A DNA stretch of 64,000 nucleotides. Origin: Novakomyces olei. Taxonomy: Eukaryota. Numbering within the stretch: position 1 is the first letter of the stretch; each line of letters begins with the position of its first letter. The stretch covers positions 806,001 to 870,000 of the forward strand of contig JADEYG010000002.1 of the NCBI GenBank assembly GCA_016906335.1, read 5' to 3'. The notes below the pieces were generated by a model. That model was not told the DNA's origin. It worked only from the letters and a program-made list of their open reading frames with translations, and searched no databases. Made by a program: the position numbers and the translations under genes. This document shows positions 24,201 through 36,474 of the stretch, piece after piece.

Positions 24201-26027
24201 ACCACCTCAGGCATAGTTCCTCCTCCAGAAAGCACAACTACAACTAGCTCAAGTATAGTTCCTCCTCCAGAGAGCACTACGACAAAGACGTCAAGCACGG
24301 TTCCTCCGGAGAGCACGACTACAACTACCTCAGGCATAGTTCCTCCTGAGAGTACAACATCAAAGGGAACTTCAAGCACGGCTCCTCCGGAGAGCACAAC
24401 TACAATTGTGCCGCCACCTCAGAGCTATTCTTCCACTCTGAGCACATCTCAGCCAACTTCAAGCAAGAGCGAAACCTCAACTGTATCGACGGCCGAACAA
24501 GCAACATTGGCAAGCTCAAGCACCAGTCAAACGGTTCCGCCAAGCACTCCTCCGGCCGAAAGCACAACAGAGAGCACTGTCAGTAACCCGTCGACTTATG
24601 TACCAAGCCAGACATCATCTACAGGTGAGGAAATACCGACTACTTCACCTCAATCAACTGTGCCAAATCAGTCTTCCAGCGTTGTTACACAAAGCACAAG
24701 TGTCTACACCTACCAGACGACTCCTTCGCAACCGGAAACGACAGTCACCAAGCCTGCTTCAGTTGTGACTTTTGTCTCGACTGTGACTGAAGGATCTACG
24801 GTGTACACGACGATTTGCACTACACCAGTTGAGTCATACTCAGGATCTGCCTCCACTATGACAGTTCCAGCGGCCCAGACTTCACCTGCTCAGACCTCAG
24901 CTGCCCAGACTCCTGGTCAGGAATCTAGCTCGGTTGTTGTCTATGTTTCGACTGTAACTGAAGGATCAACCACATATGTCACAACTTGCACTACACCAGT
25001 TGAGTCATACTCGGGATCTGCTTCCACTATGACAGTTCCAGCGGCCCAGACTTCACCTGCTCAGACCTCAGCTGCCCAGACTCCTGGTCAGGAATCTAGC
25101 TCGGTTGTTGTCTATGTTTCGACTGTAACTGAAGGATCAACCACATATGTCACAACTTGCACTACACCAGTTGAGTCATACTCGGGATCTGCTTCCACTA
25201 TGACAGTCCCAGCTGCCCAGACTTCACCTGCTCAGACCTCAGCTGCCCAGACTCCTGGTCAGGAATCTAGCTCGGTTGTTGTCTATGTTTCGACTGTAAC
25301 TGAAGGATCAACCACATATGTCACAACTTGCACTACACCAGTTGAGTCATACTCAGGATCTGCCTCCACTATGGTCGTTCCAGCGGCCCAGACCTCACCT
25401 ACCCAGACTCCTGGTCAGGAATCTAGCTTGTTTGGCTATGTTTCGACTGTAACTGAAGGTTCAACCACATATGCAACGACTTTCACTACACCAGTTGAGT
25501 CATACTCAGGATCTGCCTCCACTATGGTCGTTCCAGCTGCCCAGACCTCACCTGCTCAGTCTCAAGGCGGAGCGGCTAGCAGTGGAGTTGCAGAATCTGC
25601 AAGTCCAGCAACAGAATATCCTTCAAGCAGCCTTTCTTATACCCTTGAGGCACAAGCGTATACTCCAACTTCATCTGGAGAAACTGGTGCCGCAACTCCA
25701 GAGACTTCCGTTGCTCCGCAGACACCTGGCTCAGAATCTCCAGCAGCAGCAGCAGCAGGAGCACAAACGAGTGCTGCTTCAAATGCTAATACTCCGGTAG
25801 CTTCCGCCACAGGCTCTGCTGGAACGCAAGCCGCGGGCAGTGCCTCTTCACCGTCCGCAGCAACTCTGGCGACTAGCCGTCTCTCTGCATCGGGCTCATC
25901 CACAGGATCAGCCGCAGCCAGCAGCAGCACTACTCTAGGCCAAGCAAGTGCAGGTGCAACTATTTCGGCACCTAATGCCCTGGTTCTCACCATGACAACC
26001 GTTTTTGCTCTCGTATTTGCATTTTAG
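21300..26027 (+). CDS. Probable GPI-anchored adhesin/flocculin with two tandem N-terminal Flo11-like domains and Ser/Thr/Pro repeat stalk (1575 aa, intronless)
   Basis: Signal peptide; two similar Cys/Trp-rich domains (LKII...YD...QFQYDW...SYDYRTGC...CW) resembling the Flo11 A-domain; several tandem-repeat arrays; hydrophobic C-terminal tail after small residues. Confidence 0.85.
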   Translation: MASFFARQQLALFAYLLLAFGYARPTLANGFTPPKDNCQCKPEPLCPYQQFSKGDPQGAPTIIAATSKGSDWSIDVHMKLEDYTDSNADLRQLKIISPINEVLYDSQSPDNSKNWLDFDYEFTALSSMVYQRGDLYCVDVQFQYDWQGKHNSYDYRTGCDSGAVGPTYCWNPSKQCGDSSSSLPPTVSTSTNVPPLSSSIWYGNSSSVIPTTSTVVPPQTTTTSFVPPPQTTTTMSSSTTSQFVPPTQTWTKPGDCAPTPLCPKQDFSKGNPLGAPSLTSATAQGSDWLVGVHMELESADSNADIRQLKIISPINEVLYDSASPDNSKNWIDFDYEFTAAGSSVYPRGDSVCVDVQFQYDWLNNKYNSYDYRTGCDSGAVGPTFCWNPNKCNSQSSVPPVPPTTSQTSSSSVVPPVSTSSTINTTSSVPPVPPTTSKIESTSSTINTTSVPPTTSKIVSTSSTNKTISSVPSVPPTTSKIVSTSSTVNTTSSVPSVPPTTSKIESTSSAVNTTSVPPTTSKIVSTTSAVNTTSVPPTTSKIVSTTSAVNTTSVPPTTSKIESTTSAVNTTSVPPTTSKIESTTSAVNTTSVPPTTSKIVSTTSAVNTTSVPPTTSKIVSTSSTVNNSSLVPPSTSPTVPPVQSSTTTCDLFPTTSKSESSATPPFSTTSASAFNTSSSTSPTVPPAQSSTTTCDLFPTTSKNGTSSTIPPPESTTTKGTSSTVPPETTSKNGTSSTVPPPESTTTKTSSIVPPESTTSKGTSSTVPPETTSKNGTSSTVPPPESTTTKTSSIVPPESTTSKGTSSTVPPETTSKNGTSSTVPPPESTTSKTSSIVPPESTTSKGTSSTVPPETTSKNGTSSTVPPPESTTSKTSSIVPPESTTSKGTSSTVPPETTSKNGTSSTMPPESTTTTTSGIVPPPESTTTTSSSIVPPESTTSKGTSSTAPPETTSKNGTSSTMPPESTTTTTSGIVPPPESTTTTSSSIVPPPESTTTKTSSTVPPESTTTTTSGIVPPESTTSKGTSSTAPPESTTTIVPPPQSYSSTLSTSQPTSSKSETSTVSTAEQATLASSSTSQTVPPSTPPAESTTESTVSNPSTYVPSQTSSTGEEIPTTSPQSTVPNQSSSVVTQSTSVYTYQTTPSQPETTVTKPASVVTFVSTVTEGSTVYTTICTTPVESYSGSASTMTVPAAQTSPAQTSAAQTPGQESSSVVVYVSTVTEGSTTYVTTCTTPVESYSGSASTMTVPAAQTSPAQTSAAQTPGQESSSVVVYVSTVTEGSTTYVTTCTTPVESYSGSASTMTVPAAQTSPAQTSAAQTPGQESSSVVVYVSTVTEGSTTYVTTCTTPVESYSGSASTMVVPAAQTSPTQTPGQESSLFGYVSTVTEGSTTYATTFTTPVESYSGSASTMVVPAAQTSPAQSQGGAASSGVAESASPATEYPSSSLSYTLEAQAYTPTSSGETGAATPETSVAPQTPGSESPAAAAAGAQTSAASNANTPVASATGSAGTQAAGSASSPSAATLATSRLSASGSSTGSAAASSSTTLGQASAGATISAPNALVLTMTTVFALVFAF
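22541..23180 (+). repeat. Adhesin coding repeat array 1, 57-bp unit (STTSAVNTTSVPPTTSKIV/E)
   Basis: Identical blocks recur at 22821, 22878 and 22935 (period 57). Confidence 0.9.
23390..24400 (+). repeat. Adhesin coding repeat array 2, core unit 126 bp (GTSSTVPPETTSKNGTSSTVPPPESTT...)
   Basis: catcaagcacagttccacc recurs at 23581 and 23707 (period 126), with degenerate units towards the 3' end. Confidence 0.9.
24760..25560 (+). repeat. Adhesin coding repeat array 3, 171-bp unit with one Cys (VSTVTEGSTTYVTTCTTPVESYSGSASTM...)
   Basis: gatctgc anchors at 24844, 25015, 25186 and 25357 (period 171), plus a shorter last unit. Confidence 0.9.
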
Positions 26028-26570
26028 ACAAATCACAGAGCTTTGTAATGACTTTCTTGACGCTCTTTTAAGTCCGTTTTATTCATTATTCTTACCCTAT
26101 TTTCTTGAGGCAAAATTTTGGCGGTTTACCGTTTTATTTCTGATTCGGTTTTGGCATGCTTACCCCGACCAGTGAAACTTTCAGTGTAGATATTTTTGAA
26201 AAATTATTCTTCTTTTATACCATATTTGACCGCTATTCGATACACCTTTTGGCAGCTTTAATTGACATTTAAAAGGCATACACCATCTTTGAATTGTAGG
26301 ATGACGCATAGAAACGTAGTCCAGGCGATTAGAGTTTGCGCCCTTACACTCAAGGCGCGTAAGAAAAAGCAGCTTGTTTTCTCGCAAAATTATTGATCTC
26401 GGAGCGCAAAGACTCTAATCATCAGTCTCCCAACCGAGTCCAGAGGTCTTGAAGGGTTTTGGATCTGCGTCTGCGTCATCCGCAAGAATATAAGCACTAT
26501 AAGCACTAGTCGCGTAGTCCAACGCGATAACACAGAAATCCCCATTCCCCAGATTCTATTCTTGAATGAA

Positions 26571-26610
26571 AACCCTAACTGCTACAAAAAAGAAAACCCT
26601 AACTAACGCT
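26571..26610 (+). promoter_or_regulatory. Variant elements AACCCTAACT and AACCCTAACTAACGCT upstream of CSN5
   Basis: One half copy and one single-mismatch copy, 60-100 bp before the ATG. Confidence 0.6.
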
Positions 26611-26669
26611 TGACGAAGCCAGTACGTATATTAGGACGGTGAAACAGTTGCTGACTCGGCCAACGAGCA

Positions 26670-28023
26670 ATGTCGGCCGCATCGCAGCTGCGATTCGAGG
26701 AGCAGAGCAATGGGCAGAAAGAAGAAAGCACAGACAGGGTTTTCACGGTAGATGCAGAGCGGCAGCGCGAAATACTTCGTCAAAGTCCCTGGAAGGAGGA
26801 GTAAGTCTGTACAATAAATCAAATATCGGTTATGTGCACAGCTAAACTTGACAGTGTATCGTACTTTCGTCACGTCCGTATATCCGCGTTGGCATTGCTT
26901 AAAATGGTTCAGCATGTACGGTCTGGTGGGGCTCTCGAGGTAATGGGACTTATGCGTGGCGTCATTGACGGAGACGCCTTTGTTGTGCTCGATGCTTTTG
27001 CTCTGCCAGTCGAGGGCACAGAGACAAATGTAAACGCCCAGAGCCAAGCTTTCGAATACATGGTCGAGTACAGTCGTGCAATGAGCTCAGTGGGGCGTCC
27101 AGAGAACGTGGTGGGATGGTACCATTCACATCCAGGCTACGGGTGCTGGCTTTCAGGTACTGACGTTCGGACGCAGATGGACCAGCAGCAGTTTACGGAT
27201 CCGTACCTTGCGATAGTAGTAAGTTCTTTATTTATTTATTTATGTATTTTTTCTTTTTGAAAAACGATTTTAATATCTAGATTGATCCAAACCGGACAAT
27301 GTCCTCTGGAAAAGTTGAAATTGGAGCGTTCCGTACGTACCCTGAAAACTATGTTCCTCCACGGACGAACGAGACACCGGCAGCCTCTGCAGCCAATAGG
27401 CACCAATCAGCAAGCTCAATGGACGAGTATCATCAGCAATCAGTCCCGCTTGCGAAGAGTGAAGATTTTGGGCATTACGCCAGCAAATACTACTCTCTTG
27501 AGATCTCGTACTTTAAATCAGCGTTGGATGCACAGATAATAGATGATCTTTGGGTAAAATATTGGGTCAAATCATTGTCACATTCTGGACTGGACGCGGT
27601 AAGCTGCTTGCGGATATATTGATTCTAACGCAGATAACAGAATAAAGATTACGTCTCGGCACAGCTGCAAGACGCTGCAGAAAAGCTAAGTGTGCTACGG
27701 CCCTCTGTTCATCAGCCTCATCACTCGGGCACTTCTCCATTTGTACCGAACATGAGTTCAGTCTCGGCTATGCGCTCTGGGAAGGCCGCGGGCAGCAGTA
27801 GTACTGGTTCCGGCAGCGGAATGGGCACGGCGACCAGAATTGCCCGACTTCAGCGCGATTTGTACGTATCATTATCAATGCTCCCAAGTCTAATCTTCTA
27901 ATTTCGTGCAGGAATAATATCTTGGTGGAGGAGACACAAGGGCTGCTCACGGAAGCAGTTAAACGCAAACTGTTTTGGGGCGACAAAACGCCATTGCGCG
28001 ATCTCGTTCCGCTGGATTTATGA
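26670..28023 (+). CDS. RRI1: COP9 signalosome subunit 5 (JAMM deneddylase); four introns
   Basis: [64 protein letters not shown] and EDFG.YA..YY.LE. Confidence 0.95.
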
Positions 28024-28238
28024 ATGCCCTTTAGTCAAAACATGTATATACGTCAATTCGTAACGAACGTTTTATTCATTTACATATTTATATATTTATT
28101 CATTCATTAATTTTATTACACTTTATGAGTACGGTTCATGCATACCCACACACTGGAAACTAAAGATTGCCTTTAATTCTTTACTCATCACCACAACATT
28201 ATATTTATCATAACGAGAATGCAATCACAAAACCGGCC

Positions 28239-29946
28239 CTATTGTGCTGTACACTGAGGACCATCGTCCGTATCCTCTGCTTCTTGCTGCTCTTGTGCAT
28301 CCTGCTGAGCAGCAGCAGTGAAAGCGTCCAAGGAGCCAACAACAGGATGAATGTCGTCCTCTATACTTGGATCGGAATCGCCATTCACTTGAGCGCTTGT
28401 CTTGGCTGAAGGAGTAGTCAAGAGCTCCGATAGCCGGGAGTACTCGAGCGAATCAGAGAGGAAATTGTTGCGCGGAAATTCAACGTCTACAACGAGGAAA
28501 AGATCGCCTCTGGCATCGAGTCGTCGCCCTAACGGCATACCTTCCCCCTTCACGACTAGTACAGTTTGCGGTGAAAGAACTTGGCCTGGCCGTTGATGCA
28601 AATGCAGCGAACGCCCGTCAAGGTGCCGAAGTACTGTTCGTGAAAATCCGCAGAGCGCTTCTGCCAGAGTAATGTGTAAAGTTGCCCTCAAGTGGGGACC
28701 GGCCCTTTCAAAGACGGGATGCGGCTTCTGTTTGAGTACAAAAACAACATCGCCAGTCTCTTCAACATCGGGATCCTGATCAGCTTGCCCTTCCAAGACT
28801 ATTCGGTCTCCTGCTTTGGCTCCGCGATCGATATAGAAGGACAGCACCTTACGCTCCTCTGTCACACGTTTGCCTTTGCAGCGCTTACAACGCTCTTTTT
28901 CGCGTATTGTCTGTCCCGTGCCGTTGCACGCCGTACAAGGCCCGTGCTGTTGTGTCACCATACCGGGAGCGACCTGCCGTAAACCGGTCTTGTAGCCTGC
29001 GCCTCCACAAGAAACACACGTTCTGGCCTTCGCGCCAGGTCGTCCGCCTGATCTGGGAAATTAGCAAGCATTCAAAGGCGCAGGGAAAAATTAGAATTGA
29101 TCAGATTAAATGATAAACAGAGAAAGGTAGATGGTTAGATAGTGATCAACAAGAACGTATATCTTCCTTCCCATGGGCTGTGCAGGAATTTTGGTAAAAC
29201 TTGGCCTTTCCCGCTAATGGCAGAAAAAGCAAGTCTTACAGCACATGCGCCAAAGCAAGAAGATTCAGTACACATGAACAAAAGCCAATCAGCCTTGCCC
29301 AATTATGCCGTGTAGAATGCAAAGTTTAATGGACCAAAAAAAAAGAAAAAACGTAAAAAAAAAGAAAAAACGAAAAAAAAGAAAAGAAGAAAGAAAAGAA
29401 AAGAAAATCAGATGATTTAAGCAAAAGCACCAAGACAAGCCAGCTTACCCCGAACAGGTCTTGCACACTACGTTGCGAGTGCTATTCATACGCACCTCCT
29501 TGCCCTTGTATAGTGTCTCCAGTAGAACATCATATTCATGTACATCGTCCTTGCCACGTGCACGTCGACGCCGACCGTTCCTTGAGCCAGGCTCGGCTCC
29601 GTCCATCCCAAACATTTGTGCCAGTATATCATCCATATCCGTGTTTGGTACAGGTCCACCGTTTACGCCGTTCATGCCATACTGATCGTACGCAGCTCGC
29701 CGGTCTGCGTCTGATAAAATTTCATACGCATCTTGGATTTCTTGAAACCGTGCCGAAGCATCCGCTCGCTCGTGCTCCGGTACTTTGTCCGGGTGGCTGC
29801 TCAATGCAAACTACAAGTTTTAGCAACAAGGGTCAAATCCCTTTTATAGTAGGGAGGGGCATTACCTTTCGATACGCTTTCTTTATTTCAATGTGCGATG
29901 CATCGCGCGAGATCCCCAGCACTTCGTAAAAATCGCGCGTGCTCAT
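28239..29946 (-). CDS. Class I Hsp40/DnaJ co-chaperone (Xdj1/Ydj1-like); two introns
   Basis: FYEVLG...IKKAYRK, HPDK motif, four CxxCxGxG-type zinc motifs, C-terminal domain and CaaX box CTAQ. Confidence 0.9.
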
Positions 29947-30507
29947 TTGCGGTTCGCAATAAGCCGCTCTTTGCTACAATTATTCGTTATAGCAGCAACG
30001 GCATACACTTTGGTCTGTACCAGCTTTTTTCGAGGCCGTTTGCCAGTACGCTTGTTGTGTGTTTTTTATTGCACTTCAAATTTCATGATAATTAGGAATA
30101 ATTAGACGAATAAATTAGCTGCTTAATATATTAACTGCTTAATTTATTAACTGCCTAATATATTAACTGCCTAATAAATAAAGTGCCTAGATAATTATTT
30201 GTAATAAATTACTTGTGTTTTTTAATATGTAGAGACAGAATTATCCATGCAAGACGGTAATTATTTCATATAAATAGAGTTAAATATAAAGTATAGAGTC
30301 ACTTTTCAACAGTTTATATTAATTTTGTATTTTCTAATTCTCATTAATCTAATTTATTATTCAAGTTTCAATTAACCCTAACAATAATTCTTCCATTAAT
30401 TAATGTTTTATCCAACTATACTGAACCTGCTGAACCTGTCAATAAATCGCAACGCTATTAAATTAATAGCACTTTAAACCCAGAGGCGTTTCAGAACGCT
30501 TTATTAA

Positions 30508-32497
<1,990 letters not shown>

Positions 32498-32844
32498 AGA
32501 TAGACGAAAGAAAATAATAAATAAATAAGTGAATAAAAAATTTAAATAAATAAATGACAACGTTCACCGGTACTGTAGATAGTCTTACTGAAATTCAATA
32601 AATATTCAAATCACAAACTACATTTTAGTGACATATGCGTAGAAAAACCAAAGTACCCAAATGCTGATTAAATTTCTTATCAGATGTCTTTAAAGAATTG
32701 TATTCGGACCTCTAAAATAATATGTTAAAATCTAATCAGCCCAAACAGTTGAAAAAAATTTAAATTTGAATAAAAAACGTTGAAAAACTCAACCATAAAC
32801 CACCCATAAGCCATATTTATACATTTAAATTCGAAATTTCGCCA

Positions 32845-34217
32845 TTATTCGCGATTAGGCCGTTCAATTTGTGGTGTGGAATTGTTCTCAATTTTATGCT
32901 CGTAATTCACACCAAGAAACCCTGCGAAAACCATACAAGTCCCGATCGCTAACGGAAAGGTAATGCCATGAGCATTGATGAAAAGGTCACCAACGACGGC
33001 CAGCGGTATAGAGAGGCTGATTCCCAAAGTAACAACAAGCGGGCTTGTAAGAAGACAGGCAAGGACCCAGAGGTATTCAGAAATGAACGTGATAAATGCG
33101 TTAAACTAGCAGTTAGATGCAAATTATCGAAAAACATGAACGCGCCAAAATCCTACCAATATCGCCCCCCAGACTCCCGCGTTCGGAGGCAGCTGGAACG
33201 GCTCAAGCCCAGTAAAATGCAGTATCAATAGAAATGGCCAGAGCAATGAAATATTAAAAACCCCAACAAATCCGAAAAACAGAGGCATTGAAAGCCGTGA
33301 TTCGTCCACCAAAGAGTACTTTAAAAATACGGTGTAACATCCATAGAGACTAGTTATTAGATGAGCATCAAAAGATCTGGCTTACGCCGCCCCAAGAAGA
33401 GCTAATGCATCCCCTAACACTACTTGGGCCCGTGAAGGGCTTCCATCCTGGCCCCCCGCGTTAGCCGTATCATTTACCGAAACTATCACGACTCCGGCAA
33501 CACTTATAGTCAAGGCAACAAATTTAAGAGCCGTTAGCCTTTCAACACGGACAAACGCTCCAAAAATAAGAGTGAAAAAGCCTAAAAATTAGTCAAAAAG
33601 GCAGCAGCCGATGTTTTGCCTACCGCTGAGAGACGAGATAATTGTAAAACTGGCGACATTTGTAAAACTTAGCGCAGCGTTACTGAAAAGATTGGCAAGA
33701 AACCAAAGTATACAGAAATAAAACGCTATATTAACGGTCTCGCGAGTGGTTAATTTTGTCGGGTGTACAGTCTCTTCTTGCCCGACTTGCGTATAGCCGG
33801 CCCTATTAAGTGTTAGTCAACCAATTTCATGCCATTAGTGGTTAGCGGCACTGGGCGACAATAAATTGCGATTTCGTGATCGGGATTGCGACAAAGAAAA
33901 TCGAAAAAAATAGACATGAAACAAAAACAAAAATGCGAAAATTAAAACTTATTTGCGCAATTGAAAATATCAAGGGGAAAAGCGGAGTGTAAACCATACT
34001 TGCCACGGCCAAATCCCGCTTTAACCGCGATCGGAACAAGGTACAGAATAAACGTGCCAGTGTTTATAAACGTGATCCAAAACGGTTTGTTGTAAGTGTC
34101 TGAGCCGAACAGTGTCTGCATAACAAACGAGCTCACAGTCCATAGTACCACCACCGTTAAAAGCAGTAAAATGCCTACAGCGTGCTGCCACCGGCGGGCG
34201 TTTGGCCGCACGTCCAT
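32845..34217 (-). CDS. EamA/DMT-family transporter (SLC35F5 / YML018C / THI74-like); four introns
   Basis: VVVLWTVSSF, YNKPFWITFINT, FCILWFLAN, ALYGCYTVFLK, FFGFVGVFN, EPFQLP and LGISLSIPLA. Confidence 0.85.
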
Positions 34218-35289
34218 GAGCTCAAATTCTACTAGCTCATAAATTTAGTAGTGACTAAAGGTGCAGTCGCGTCCGTATATTATACCCATTGTAATATAGA
34301 AGAAATGCCCAAGCGCTGGCAAAAGATAAGGAGTAAATCATGTGCCGATTCTATGGTTAAATAAAGATAACTCGATTTTCAAGTAATCATACAAGGATAG
34401 TATATGTAAAATCCGAGTCCGGCGAGAAAGAAAATGAAGTAAATAAACCCATATTTGGAGTGAAGTCTTTGTACAAATCCGTATTCAAAGACGTAACGAT
34501 CAGTTTATGACGATCAGTTTCGGCTTATTCTCACATAATTGCGCCTGAGAGGAAATAGAAAGAGGCACATTTTTAAAAGCTGGTCGCTCTTTGTACAAGT
34601 CCGGGCAACAATATTCGTAATCATTTAAGTATTGTGCTATGAAACAGCCAATCAGTTTGAAATTTACAGAAATACATCTGCTAGCCGAAAATCTACGGGT
34701 CACAAGGACAAAATTTAGTGCCAAGTCCATATATAGTCAAAAAGTAAAATTCTGGATATTAATATCATATATTACCAAAGACCCACAGACCAAACGGTCA
34801 AATATCACCCGTCTACCCTTGCTCAACGGCAAATAAGTCTGCGAATAAGTCGCACTAAATACTGAGTAAACAAAAGGACCTAAAGACATACTTGATAGGA
34901 AATCATACGAGAGAAAACAGGTGGGGACCGAGGGCCGAGTACAAAAGGGTTGTTGAGCCTCAACGAAAATGGAGAAAAAGATATCTTGAAAGTAGCAATA
35001 GTTAAACGCATGTACTCGGACGAAAACCAAACGTAAACTATGCGAGGGATTAGACGCAGGACCTCCAGTTTCTGAGTCCAATTAGTCCACAGCAAAAGCA
35101 GCAGTAGCACGGTAGCTGATAATTTAAAAAGGTCCATTTGTACAATCAAAGGCAGTCAAAAAAGTCAATAACGATCATTTAAAAAAACAATTAAAGTAGT
35201 ATTTAATAAAATAGGACTTAATCGGGGAGCCATAAAACCTGATACTATGGGTCTCCATCATTGCTTTCCAAAGTGAGCAGCTGGCGAGC

Positions 35290-36031
<742 letters not shown>

Positions 36032-36065
36032 AATGTTTGGTTGTGCGTCTGTATTATTGCGTTTG

Positions 36066-36169
<104 letters not shown>

Positions 36170-36474
36170 TTAGTAAGAGTAGCAGCAGTGTTTGGACAAA
36201 AATCCAAAACGTAATTTCGTCACTTGAACGGCCGTTTTCTTTTTTTTTTTTTTAATTGACGATTTCAGGGACAGAGACAGCGTCATAGCACTCTGGATTG
36301 ATTATTAAATCTTGAGACCAATGTGCCACAGTCTCAAAGTATCTTTAAACTTACGTTGTGCTTTTTGTCACTGCTCAAAGAACAATTGAGCTTGACATCC
36401 TACAATTTTCTAATTTACCCTTTCACGGGCGAACTTTGGTTGCGCATTTTAATTAAAGCTACAGGGACGAGATT

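Noticed and set aside
22514-24397. 627-aa minus-strand ORF
   Set aside because: Antisense shadow of the Ser/Thr/Pro repeat arrays of the adhesin; low-complexity V/L/G sequence.
22541-25560. Regularly spaced repeats as a CRISPR-like array
   Set aside because: In-frame coding tandem repeats with no unique spacers and no cas genes; eukaryotic context.
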